A DNA stretch of 64,000 bases from Nitrospira sp. (GCA_047150005.1 AP038806.1:3616001-3680000), one strand, 5' to 3'; shown: positions 41,007 through 50,865, counted from the first letter of the stretch. Numbers and translations: made by a program. Notes: a model not told the origin generated them from the sequence alone.

Positions 41007-42443
41007 TTGAAGAATGAAATAGAAAATGTCAGAAGCCTGCTAGACCCACCACGAGGTGCGGTCACCGTGGCTGAAGAGCAGATTCCAAACAGACAGCCTC
41101 TTCTTGCTCGATCGCTTGAAGAACTCAAGCCCCTACATCAGTTCTGTCGCGAGGGGCGCCTCGATGAAGTGGAGAGTTGGATTTCCGAAGGCCGTCCGCT
41201 TCAAATTGATCCTGCCGCAATCGCGAAGGGTACCCGACCAAAAACAGCGTTACAGATAGCTATCGAGACAGGGCAACACTCTCTCACTAGGCTGCTGTTG
41301 AGCAAAGGCTATCAACTAGCACTTGAGAGGTACCGTCCGCTTGATATGGCTCTGGAGGCGAGACGTTGGGACCTTTTCGATCTTTTGCTTGAGTGGGGAG
41401 CAGACCTAAAAAGCGTTGCTGTTTATACGGTGCTAAGCACCTACAACACGGAACTCTATGAACGTTTTAGGGCTGCAGGGTACGACTTGACGGAACGCCA
41501 TGAAATGGCATCGATCTTGGGTCGCGGGACATCCAACCGCCCGCTCTTAGGATTTGCGAAACGGTATCGTGCAGAGGATCCGAAGATTCAAAGGGAATTG
41601 AATCTCGCTATCCGCTATCAGGTTCGCGAAGGGAGTGAAAAGGGCGTAGCTCTCTGCCTCTGGGCAGGAGCAGATCAGCATACGCCGGCTTCTGATGCCT
41701 CAGATGAATCTGATACAGATAATGGAGAGGAGCCAAGCGGGTGGTCGGCGATAGAAGAGGCAGCGAGCGAAGGCAACCTGTCCCTTCTCCAGCGACTTGG
41801 TCCTGATCCTTCCCGTGACAATTTTGATGACCTGTACCGATATGCGAAGTATGGATCAATCATTTCTTTCCTTTCAAGCGTTCAGTTGCCAAAGGACTTT
41901 ACTTCAATCCTCAATTCTCAGCTCTGGTGGGTGGCGAATCCATTGCCATTCGGTAGCCCAAGGGGAATGGGAACGATCGAAGCTCTTCTTGCCTGCAAAG
42001 TGCGATGGGAAGAAGTCGATCCCCAACGACTCGCTGACATTCGGCGGTCCCTGCTAAAACTGCGCGATTACGATCTTAGAACAATCATGACACGTCTTAA
42101 GCGACCGGATGTCTGTGCGCCTGAGACTTACCATGAGCTCATACGGACGCCGAGTATACAAGCTAGGTTGCTGGCACTTGGCCTCTGGAAGAAACCTATC
42201 AGCGAGAAAGACCGCCGCAGGGACGAACTGGAAAGACTCATGAGGCATTATGATAGAGCGGTGCTCTATGAACAGGTTTGGCTACGACCTGTCCACGAGG
42301 TAGCCAAGTCGTATGGCATTTCTGGTGTCAGACTAGGGAAGGTTTGTAGAAAGCTGATGGTACCAGTCCCCCCGCGTGGTTATTGGGCGCGTGTCCAGAA
42401 TGGCTACAAACTGAAGAAACCATCTTTGCCAAAGTGTAGTTGA
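41007..42443 (+). CDS. Ankyrin-repeat protein with C-terminal HTH-like domain
   Basis: TALQIAIETGQ..LLLSKG, PLDMALE...LLLEWGAD, SAIEEAASEGN; tail LYEQVW..VAKSYGISGVRLGKVCRKLMVPVPPRGYWA; start may be GTG 41067. Confidence 0.75.
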   Translation: MKNEIENVRSLLDPPRGAVTVAEEQIPNRQPLLARSLEELKPLHQFCREGRLDEVESWISEGRPLQIDPAAIAKGTRPKTALQIAIETGQHSLTRLLLSKGYQLALERYRPLDMALEARRWDLFDLLLEWGADLKSVAVYTVLSTYNTELYERFRAAGYDLTERHEMASILGRGTSNRPLLGFAKRYRAEDPKIQRELNLAIRYQVREGSEKGVALCLWAGADQHTPASDASDESDTDNGEEPSGWSAIEEAASEGNLSLLQRLGPDPSRDNFDDLYRYAKYGSIISFLSSVQLPKDFTSILNSQLWWVANPLPFGSPRGMGTIEALLACKVRWEEVDPQRLADIRRSLLKLRDYDLRTIMTRLKRPDVCAPETYHELIRTPSIQARLLALGLWKKPISEKDRRRDELERLMRHYDRAVLYEQVWLRPVHEVAKSYGISGVRLGKVCRKLMVPVPPRGYWARVQNGYKLKKPSLPKCS

Positions 42444-42608
42444 GCGTCATAGGTTTTTACTGCATTGGAGCACTGCTTGCAAATCCTGCGGTGACTTTGA
42501 AGTTCATGATCGGGGCTTCCTAAGATCCAAGAGTATCCCGCTAACCTGTGGTGGATGACATCTCTCTTTGACGGGGAGCAAACGGTGGAAGAACCTGTTA
42601 CAAGTACG

Positions 42609-43694
42609 TCATCTTTCCGGTGTGCCACATAAGCCATAGGCCTGCTCAACTTGTATAGCCACCTGATATCCGTGGTTGGCAAGTAAGTCGAACTCAGCCA
42701 AATCAATTCGGCGCAATGTGGTGGGGAAGTTCGAAGCGAATGTGGCCGATGTACAGGGCAACTGAGCTTCTACAGGTGTCCCAATGTATATGAACGCGCC
42801 ACGTCTAGGGCTCTCCTGGAGATATTTCGAGAAGGTCCGAACACGCAGTGCATGGGACTGGTCTGACATGATGTCAGCGACACGCTTAAGTCGAAACGGA
42901 TTCAGCGAAAAGAAATCGAAACCGGATGGCAAGGGCCGTCCGGCATCGGAGACGATTATAACGCTCCCTGGATGCTTGGCCTTGCTACGTCCTGCATCAA
43001 AGAATGGTTCCAGCCCGAGATTGTCATAGATGCCCCCGTCGTACAGGTGCAGAGTTTTGTACCCGATATTAACGGACTGCTCGGTACCCTTAGGCGCATT
43101 CCATTCCCGTTTTTGCCAGTCGAAGAGTGTGGCGTTTAACTTTAGCGGTCCGAACCCTCCAGGAAAAGCTGCGGAAACTGCCATCGCGCTGGCAAGAGGA
43201 AACTCCCCGGGAGAAGCATATCCTAACTGATAGTCGCCAATGTCGCTTTGCTTGAACCGAAAACGTTTGCCATTCTCGGCCGTCGTAGCATTAATGGACC
43301 ATTCAGGTTTACTCGGCAATTCGGACAGCTTGATCCGGATATTCCATTCTTTTTCGATAGCTAAAGCTAATAGGTTTGCCCGAGAAAAGATGAACGGCAG
43401 GTTTATCGGGTTTAGGAGCTGCCTTAACGCCCCCCACTGAAAGCTCCTTTTGCACAACGTATTACGCAGATTTGGATATACCACCTCAATGAAGTATTCT
43501 GAGGATGGCCATTGGTACTGGTTTGTTTGAAGCATAAGCCCCACAAGCAAGCTGCCACCTGAGACTGTTGAGATTCGCTCGACATGCTCGAGCAAGCGAC
43601 GCTCGGCGAGAAGTCGCATCACGCCAAGATGGAAAACAATTGCTCGGATGCCGCCACCGGATAGAGCAAGCGCAATGCTGGGAGGCGAAGTCAT
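42609..43694 (-). CDS. Patatin-like phospholipase
   Basis: LALSGGGIRA oxyanion loop, STVSGGS nucleophile, SAAFPG, DGG motif. Confidence 0.92.
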   Translation of the reverse strand: MTSPPSIALALSGGGIRAIVFHLGVMRLLAERRLLEHVERISTVSGGSLLVGLMLQTNQYQWPSSEYFIEVVYPNLRNTLCKRSFQWGALRQLLNPINLPFIFSRANLLALAIEKEWNIRIKLSELPSKPEWSINATTAENGKRFRFKQSDIGDYQLGYASPGEFPLASAMAVSAAFPGGFGPLKLNATLFDWQKREWNAPKGTEQSVNIGYKTLHLYDGGIYDNLGLEPFFDAGRSKAKHPGSVIIVSDAGRPLPSGFDFFSLNPFRLKRVADIMSDQSHALRVRTFSKYLQESPRRGAFIYIGTPVEAQLPCTSATFASNFPTTLRRIDLAEFDLLANHGYQVAIQVEQAYGLCGTPER

Positions 43695-45961
43695 TCTCTC
43701 ATCGTGCCCTGCAGGATCTGGACGTCTTTTTCACCAACTATAAGTTGTACAGCAGGAAACCCATTTTCAGACATTCTGCGCGCGAGATCCACGAGTTGAA
43801 CGAAATCGTCTGTACTCGGCGATGCCGAATGTCTCGGTGGATGACTATGCCATTCGCCAATGTAATCAACAATGCCTGCTGTTCGCCGTGACGCCTCTTG
43901 TACCGCGCCCAATAGACCTTCAACGCCACGTTCGAATGAACGAGGACTGCACTTACTGTCAGGGGGTGCCGGTAGGGCTGCAACCACTACTGTTGCAGAA
44001 ATGTTGAAATCATAGTAGCCCAAGAGAACTCCGCCGGTCTCATTTGGAAAGTTGGCAGTTCTCCACGCTCGGAGTTGTTGCTCAATTGCCTCGTCTATGT
44101 ACAGATTTGTTTCGCCAAACTTTATGCGGTGTTCTTGTGCCAGAGGATAATCATGCACCACTACTGACCCAAGTTGTGGATCGCGCTGCCAAATGCGAAT
44201 CACTGCTTCTGGACAAAGCGATATCAACGGAATCTGTTCTGCCAATATGCCGGCATGGCCCATAATTCTGGAGTAGGGCATCACCATGGATATGTCTCGG
44301 CAGCTAGCACCGCTCCAAAACGAATGGGTTCCATCGAGATGCACCTTGCCCCAAGCTTCCTGAATAAGTGCACGATAGTACTGTGCCTCGATACTTCGGA
44401 GTCTAATACTCCGTTTTTCATCTTCAGCGAGCAAAACAGCCGCGTTGCCGTTTGGAGTAACAAATACCGATAGGTGCCGGCCAATTCCTTCGATATGACT
44501 GGCGCCGCGGGGATATTCGAGAGACGTAGACGCATCAACGATCAAGTGGGCGGTGGTCAATGCATTCATCACAGAAGTCTGAGAAAAATCGGAAGCATCA
44601 GCATGCAGGGGAGTAATGGTGCTGGCACCATGCATTGCTTCCTCATGTAGTGCTGCGACGACCATTGCCTTTGGATGACCAACATGTTGAGCGTAGGCTG
44701 AATGTCTAATTAGGTTATGCGGTTTAATATGGTCCTTATCGATCACAGTCCACCGTCCCCATCCTGAACGACCCCATAGATTCAGCAATGCACTTCCAAG
44801 CGAACCTGCACCGACTAATACTCCAGAGGGACCTTCATCTCCCACGCCTGACTGTCTCCTGCACGAAGCTGTATCATTCCGATAAAGTACCTCCATAGGC
44901 AAGATAGCCTGGTCGCGCCACTCAGTGCTCGAATTTCCACCCAAGAGCCCGGCTGCATTGAAGTACTTTTTAATACTCTTCTTGCCCTCTTGGGCGTTGT
45001 GCGAGAAAAGGGCTCCAATAAGAACGCCAAGTTTCAGCGCGCCAACTCCTACAATAAAAGCTCGGTGTGTGATTCTTTCTGCTGCCTGCCCTTCCGCTCG
45101 CGTCACCGGAATATTAACGATGATGACCGAAAGAACGTCATCTGCAGATTCAAGCACTCCCATTTCTCCAACAAGTTTCGATGAGGCTTCTTTTAGCATT
45201 TGGAGAAAGTCGATCTTCCGGCTTTCAAGAAGATCTGCGAGTTCGCCCAAGTTTGTAGGGTCACTTTCGACACGGCCTTGTACAATGGGAGGAAGGGTAA
45301 ACTCGATAGGTTGAATAGCACCCTTTGGGAGTTGGTTACTTGCAGAGAGGGGTTCAAGAAAGAATGTCACACCTCCGTTGGGACGTTCAGGTCCGCGTGC
45401 GATTACCAGGCGAAGATCTTTATCCATACGGATCTTTTCCAGATTCCAAGGCAGTACCAACTCGTCCTTGCTAACGAAAAACAGACGTTCTACGGGCTGG
45501 TCTGCGGGATGAAGACGGTCCGTAGCACTACTTTCAAGCCACCACTGAATTCGCCGGAGAAAAGTCTGTGGCGTCCACGTTCGAGCAACTGAAGTAGGTG
45601 GCTCGAAATAGAGGCAGAGGCTTCTCGGTGTATTCGGCGGGGTCTGATTCTGATGAATGAGTGCGGGAAAATCTTTCCTAAGAGCGAGGACAATCGCCAA
45701 TTCTTTTGTGTTTTCTGGTACGCATAGAGCCAATCGTTCTTTGTATCTGATACCGTGCGGATTGTTCTTCGGCACTCCATCGGTCTCGACATCTACAACG
45801 ATACATTCAAAGGCGCCATCGCCCATCTGAAATAGTTGAAGGACAGAATAATCTCGCTGCTTCCTTGCCGCAGCAAGGAGATCTCGTGCACGAGGAATTT
45901 TAAGCTGGCTCTCGTCGTCAAGCTCTCGGAGATTGGGAATGGTGTAATATTCTTCTTTCAT
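43691..45961 (-). CDS. E2-E1(ThiF)-JAB fusion protein (Cap2/Cap3-like)
   Basis: E2 HQN...SLCLY; E1 GAGSLGS, DKD..HNLIRH, GASCRD; JAB ETGGVLLG, GEWHSHP..SPS.DD; ATGA-coupled at both ends. Confidence 0.92.
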   Translation of the reverse strand: MKEEYYTIPNLRELDDESQLKIPRARDLLAAARKQRDYSVLQLFQMGDGAFECIVVDVETDGVPKNNPHGIRYKERLALCVPENTKELAIVLALRKDFPALIHQNQTPPNTPRSLCLYFEPPTSVARTWTPQTFLRRIQWWLESSATDRLHPADQPVERLFFVSKDELVLPWNLEKIRMDKDLRLVIARGPERPNGGVTFFLEPLSASNQLPKGAIQPIEFTLPPIVQGRVESDPTNLGELADLLESRKIDFLQMLKEASSKLVGEMGVLESADDVLSVIIVNIPVTRAEGQAAERITHRAFIVGVGALKLGVLIGALFSHNAQEGKKSIKKYFNAAGLLGGNSSTEWRDQAILPMEVLYRNDTASCRRQSGVGDEGPSGVLVGAGSLGSALLNLWGRSGWGRWTVIDKDHIKPHNLIRHSAYAQHVGHPKAMVVAALHEEAMHGASTITPLHADASDFSQTSVMNALTTAHLIVDASTSLEYPRGASHIEGIGRHLSVFVTPNGNAAVLLAEDEKRSIRLRSIEAQYYRALIQEAWGKVHLDGTHSFWSGASCRDISMVMPYSRIMGHAGILAEQIPLISLCPEAVIRIWQRDPQLGSVVVHDYPLAQEHRIKFGETNLYIDEAIEQQLRAWRTANFPNETGGVLLGYYDFNISATVVVAALPAPPDSKCSPRSFERGVEGLLGAVQEASRRTAGIVDYIGEWHSHPPRHSASPSTDDFVQLVDLARRMSENGFPAVQLIVGEKDVQILQGTMRE

Positions 45962-47115
45962 GATCCGGCTCTGGGGGGGCGGGACGTCAAAATGGCTGCA
46001 GCTCCGATGGAGGTTGAGCGTCTCCAAATAATTCCCCCGCTTGTTATCTCAAAGAGAAGAGGTTCTGGCTTCTTGGCGTTGGGTTCTTCCATTGTCACGA
46101 GAAACTTACGGCCGTCAACTTCCTTCAGATGTCTCTCATATGCCTTGCGTGCTTGAATATGTGGAGGTTGAATTTCTTTATAGGATTCTTTCAGGTCAGG
46201 GATGGGTTTACTGGAGCTAACCATATAGGCTTCATTTTTACCTTGCAGTAGCAGATCTTTTACAAGCGGTTTGGGTTCGGTTTCGGTGTCGCCTTTCTCG
46301 TCACTCAAAGCAAGATAACTGCAGTGATGAGGGATGTTATAAAGGTCCCATGCGAGTCGATCGTCATTCTTGTGGTAGCGCGTGGTATTCACGATATCCT
46401 CAATATCGGTCCATTCAGCGTCCCCAACATGGAGATAGTCATAGCTTGCTCCATCAATTAGAAAGCGGATATTGAAGACCAGAGCTGCTGAGTTTCTAAC
46501 GATGTCAACACCATCACAGTGCTTAATGAATGGAGAATGACAAAAGAACTCTACCCCATCGGGCCCTAGAGAAAAGACAGGAACGATGGTTCCGGCATCA
46601 ATAAATAGATGATCACGTGCGTTGGCCGCTTCACCTCGTTCTTTAAGTTTTGGTTCCAGCCACTCCTTGAGTGCATCAGGCTTAGAGAAGACGAGAATGT
46701 CCTTGCCCTCAAGTAGCCGATGTCGCGCTTCCTGACGAAGAATACAAAACTCCTCACTCTGCTCGTCCCTTTCGGCCTCTTCGAGCAACATAGCGGCCGG
46801 AACCCATAGGCACCGAATTTTAATGCGGCCATCACCCTGGTATTTCTCTGCGTGTTGCAGTTCGAAGAACTCAGTGCTGCCCTGAATATGGTCTCGATCC
46901 GCATGCGTGAACGCCGCTACCTCAAAATAGTCCCGCTCGGCTTGCTTCAGTTCTTCTTTAAGTCGCGCATTCAGATCAATTTCTGGCGCTTCGCCGTCTC
47001 CTCCGTTTTGCCGGTGACAGTAATCGAGCAGTATGCGCCGCCCATTTGATAAAACAATTTGGGTGGTGTCGCCATTCCCTACGGGATAGCAGACAATCTT
47101 ATGTGGATCGCTCAT
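45958..47115 (-). CDS. Metallo-beta-lactamase-fold hydrolase (6A-MBL type)
   Basis: VGNGD, THADRDHIQG, GDAE, PHHCS; C-terminal tail RPPRAGS; AAGGAG RBS. Confidence 0.88.
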   Translation of the reverse strand: MSDPHKIVCYPVGNGDTTQIVLSNGRRILLDYCHRQNGGDGEAPEIDLNARLKEELKQAERDYFEVAAFTHADRDHIQGSTEFFELQHAEKYQGDGRIKIRCLWVPAAMLLEEAERDEQSEEFCILRQEARHRLLEGKDILVFSKPDALKEWLEPKLKERGEAANARDHLFIDAGTIVPVFSLGPDGVEFFCHSPFIKHCDGVDIVRNSAALVFNIRFLIDGASYDYLHVGDAEWTDIEDIVNTTRYHKNDDRLAWDLYNIPHHCSYLALSDEKGDTETEPKPLVKDLLLQGKNEAYMVSSSKPIPDLKESYKEIQPPHIQARKAYERHLKEVDGRKFLVTMEEPNAKKPEPLLFEITSGGIIWRRSTSIGAAAILTSRPPRAGS

Positions 47116-48015
47116 GGTGGCTCCTTTCATTATAAGGAGCCCGCGTCAAGGTGAGAGCCAAGAACGCGGGCGTAACGTTAGACTAAACCAAACAACTCAT
47201 CCCAGCCGTAATCTATGAGGTGTCGAGCGAGTGTCCAACAGCCTCGCCTCCATTGTGAGTTACTTTGCAAGGAATAACCGATAGCCAACATTGCTAGATT
47301 TGTTCAGCAACAGCGGCCCTTATGCACGTGGTGCTGACCGGATAAGCATCACCTCCTCGATAAAAAAAGCCGTGGACAGAGCCCTGCAATCTATCAGGAC
47401 TCTCCTCCACGGCCTCACGCCCTTCCGCTTAAGTCTAATGACTCAGCACGGGCTTCTCGCCGATTACTTGAATCGCCTTTTACGAATCAAACAACGCCCT
47501 TGGGCGGCCAGACCACCAGCTTGGATAAGGCAGGTGTTTCTTGCATCCAGAGGCAGGGCATTCCAAAAAGTCTTCTCCCCAAACAGTGCATCGGGTGATG
47601 ATTACCACGCGACTGCGAAACTTTACTCTGACGAGCTCCTGTCCGCAGGGACAAGAATAGATACGGTCCTGCATGAGAAAAGACCCTATTACTCAAACCT
47701 GGACTTCTACATATAGCCGTACGGACATTTTGTCAATACCAAATATTGTGGTTTTGGATGTTAAACAATGCACAAGTTGCGGATTTTTAAGAGTTATCAT
47801 TTCACCGAACTCATCGGAACCAGTTATCGAATGACTTGAGGCGCTGCGCGGACGTTAATGTGGCGCGCCATCGCTGAGGAGCATCGGAACACGCCTTACC
47901 GCGATAAAGCCGTTCAGGCCTGTCCGCTGCGAGAGCGCTGTGCTCGCGTTCTCCTTGTGTGTCCCACCCCCGGCTGTTGTGCGGGGTGGGACAACAACAA
48001 TCAAGGAGAAGCACG

Positions 48016-48525
48016 ATGCATCAGGACTCAAAGCAGCAGACAGTCAAGTCAAATCGGCTGTTCACCGAAGTTCGGCCACAGACCAATTATCGAGCACCTC
48101 GATACCGTGTCACATTGATATGCGAAGACGCTGAGCGAGAACCTTCAATGTTGATCCAGGATTCAGCTACTGCTGCGTCTATCCTGAATCCATACTTTGC
48201 TGGCCTCGATCGTGAGCAGTTTCTGGTCTGTGGACTGGATGCCAAACACGGAATTATTGGAGTCAATGTGGTCTCAATTGGCTCATTGACCCTAGCGATC
48301 GTCCATCCGCGCGAGGTTTTCAAACCATTAATACTGATGAATGCATGTGCATGGCTGTGCGCCCATAATCATCCGTCCGGTGATGTAACGCCGAGTTTGG
48401 AGGATCGTGTTTTAACCAAACGCCTGCGGGAAGCCGGTGAACTGTTAGGCATTAGTCTTTTGGACCATCTCATTCTAGCCAACGAGAACAAGTACAGTTT
48501 TGCCGACCAGGGCTGGGCCTTATAG
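48016..48525 (+). CDS. radC: RadC-like JAB-domain protein
   Basis: REQF, VHPREVFK, AHNHPSGD..PS.ED, LLDHLI; AAGGAG RBS. Confidence 0.93.
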   Translation: MHQDSKQQTVKSNRLFTEVRPQTNYRAPRYRVTLICEDAEREPSMLIQDSATAASILNPYFAGLDREQFLVCGLDAKHGIIGVNVVSIGSLTLAIVHPREVFKPLILMNACAWLCAHNHPSGDVTPSLEDRVLTKRLREAGELLGISLLDHLILANENKYSFADQGWAL

Positions 48526-48556
48526 CTGGGGTTCATGAGCCTGGACGGATACCTGT

Positions 48557-49384
48557 TCAAGACCACCGTTCTTCTTCTCCGAATTCATCGTCTTCATCAA
48601 GCTCGTCGTCTTGAGATTCGTCAATCCACAGGAGCGAGAGGACAAAACCATAATTCTTGAACCCCTTTGACTGCTCTAAGATTCGAACGCGCGATGACGC
48701 ACGACGATCATCAATCCACGCACCCGTTGGAACTACCCTCATATCGGTTGACAATTGTCCTCCCGAGAAGAAAGCGCTCGCGAGCGAGTTGAAATCAAGC
48801 TTCTTGCCTCGCTCGATGAAGAATCCAAAGTCATCGCTCGCCTTGAACCACTCAATTCGGTCCTCCCTGGAAACAACGATCGCCACACGATGTGGAGAAA
48901 AACCAACATAGCGCAGGGCCGTTGCTTGCAAACTAGTCCTAAACTCGTCCGCAAGATTGTCTATCAAGGCTAGGCTCGGCTCCTCTTTCAAGCAAAACGG
49001 CTTAAACATGACCTCTGGCATTAGCAACTCCGCCGCAAAGAGGTTAGCCAATGTTTCGATGGTTTTGGACTTGTTGTTCCAAGGCTGGAGGTCGTTGTCT
49101 GCGCAAATCATTAATTCCGCGCTGGAGTGATTCAGTTCGAAATGACCGAGCTCGTGCGCAATGGTAAAACGTTCTCTTCCGATTTCAGCAATATCTGCCC
49201 TCACAGAGATGATTCCATGATTCCCTCGTTTTACAAGTCGGCCTTCACACCCCACAAGCCGTTCTCTCCGAACAATGGCCCCTCGCAGTGCAGCCAGCCC
49301 TTCAACATCGATCTCGATGGGCGACCGGAGTTGGTATTCTCTAATCAAACTTCGAGCGCACATTACAGGATCGGCGGCACTCAT
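48557..49384 (-). CDS. ImmA/IrrE-family zinc metallopeptidase (CapP-like)
   Basis: RFTIAHELGH, E..AN.FAAELLMP, LA..F.TS..A HTH, GAF-like C-terminal part. Confidence 0.92.
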   Translation of the reverse strand: MSAADPVMCARSLIREYQLRSPIEIDVEGLAALRGAIVRRERLVGCEGRLVKRGNHGIISVRADIAEIGRERFTIAHELGHFELNHSSAELMICADNDLQPWNNKSKTIETLANLFAAELLMPEVMFKPFCLKEEPSLALIDNLADEFRTSLQATALRYVGFSPHRVAIVVSREDRIEWFKASDDFGFFIERGKKLDFNSLASAFFSGGQLSTDMRVVPTGAWIDDRRASSRVRILEQSKGFKNYGFVLSLLWIDESQDDELDEDDEFGEEERWS

Positions 49385-49830
49385 TTGCGTTCATCTCTTC
49401 CCAGTCGATCAACCCGTTCCAAGTCAGCTAGTAATGTGCGAAGATCGTCTTCTGATTGGTCCTCCAAATTCCTGAAATTCACCGCGAAACCCAATTGTCC
49501 TTGCGCGCTCCATGATTCTTGGATATTTCTTATCTTGCGTTTTATCTCCTCGATAGGGGAGCGAGACTCTTGTATGTCTGCTACTGCCTCAAGAGCTCTA
49601 CTTTGAAGTTCCTTTGCTTCTGCAAAGGTTCTATAGGTGGCTTGTCTTCGAAGATTCTCGATCAACTCCATACCTCTGCGCACTACTTGGTCGGGATCTA
49701 GACCCTCAGCTCGAAGGGCTTCTTCGATATCATCCTCATTCATATTTTCGACATCGCAAAGGAAGTGAGAGATGTTTACCAGCCAGTCTTGTTCTGTCCG
49801 TGCTTGACCTTTTTTCATCTCCTCGCTCAT
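49381..49830 (-). CDS. Helical acidic protein, putative anti-sigma / peptidase substrate
   Basis: Between sigma-like and IrrE genes, ATGA-coupled to IrrE; AVNFRNL near C-terminus; function inferred. Confidence 0.7.
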   Translation of the reverse strand: MSEEMKKGQARTEQDWLVNISHFLCDVENMNEDDIEEALRAEGLDPDQVVRRGMELIENLRRQATYRTFAEAKELQSRALEAVADIQESRSPIEEIKRKIRNIQESWSAQGQLGFAVNFRNLEDQSEDDLRTLLADLERVDRLGRDERK

Positions 49831-49851
49831 TGGCTTACTCCGGTAGGGGGA

Positions 49852-50523
49852 TCAGAGCCCCATCTCATCGCAGATCTTCTTGTGAATTCGTCTCAGCTTC
49901 TTTTGGGCGTTATAAATATCTTTAATGGGAATCTTGGTATGTTGCGAAATGTCCCGCGGTTTAGAGAGACCGTCCATCGTGGACTCCAGGATCGCATTCA
50001 TGGCTGCGTCACCTTGCGCGGCCTCAAGGAGTCGATCCACAATGACCTTAGCCTGCCGTGCTCTATCCGAAGCTTCTTCATTTTCAATGAGGAGGTCTTC
50101 CTGATTACGTTGCTCACGACAAATGTGCGCTGCGTGCTTCAAATCTGACGAAGCTGGAACTGGCTCAATAGTGCCTCCAGGGGTATGCGGATCGTTCCTG
50201 AACGGCTCAACCAACGTGTTGTCCTTTGATCGGACCAGTTTGGCGTAGAAGCTCGGCAAGACCGACTCTTTCATGAATTTCACAAAATCCGGATGCGTGT
50301 CAGGATCCCAGGTCCAGTTATTCTCGAAGATCTTCTTGAGGCACTCGTGCACCACGTCTTCAGCACTCAAGCCCTTGGCGAGGAAGTCAGGATCTGGCGA
50401 GCGCCAATATCGACGCCTCGCTAGGCCTATTGAAACGACCACCAGCTCGGGAATGACTTTCTTCCAGTCGATCTCCCCGAGTTTCCTCCTGACTTTCTCC
50501 GGAAGCGACTTTGGTGTTTCCAA
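49852..50523 (-). CDS. ECF-type sigma-70-like factor
   Basis: Region-2-like SAEDVVHECLKKIF..WTWD; region-4-like HTH KPRDISQHTKIPIKDIYNAQKKLRR. Confidence 0.72.
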   Translation of the reverse strand: METPKSLPEKVRRKLGEIDWKKVIPELVVVSIGLARRRYWRSPDPDFLAKGLSAEDVVHECLKKIFENNWTWDPDTHPDFVKFMKESVLPSFYAKLVRSKDNTLVEPFRNDPHTPGGTIEPVPASSDLKHAAHICREQRNQEDLLIENEEASDRARQAKVIVDRLLEAAQGDAAMNAILESTMDGLSKPRDISQHTKIPIKDIYNAQKKLRRIHKKICDEMGL

Positions 50524-50865
50524 TCAGTACCCCGCACGAATATCTCGCCGCCTCTGTATCAGATATTGTCGCTGCTCCTCAAGAATTCGCCACCTCCGTC
50601 CTCTCAAAGACCTCTGTTTCGTGAAGCGGTCAACAGCCGCCCGCGCAACCTATTGATTGTCCGCATAAATATGCGAGCCAAAAAAATTTCATTCCCTCAT
50701 GGCGAAAAGGCCAAGTCGCCGACAAATCAATCTAGAGGGTACGGCACGGCAGCTCACAGAGGAGCTGGTGCATACTTGAATGGACTGCATGGCGACGAGG
50801 CATCCAACAAGGCGTCCCTACACTGTTGGTGCGGTCAATGCAGCCGATTACGAGAGGAGAAACCC

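Noticed and set aside
42609..47115. Calling this operon CBASS
   Set aside because: No CD-NTase or other cyclase seen; first gene has MBL motifs
47291..47716. 141-aa plus-strand ORF
   Set aside because: TTG start, no clear RBS or motif, conflicts with a minus-strand candidate
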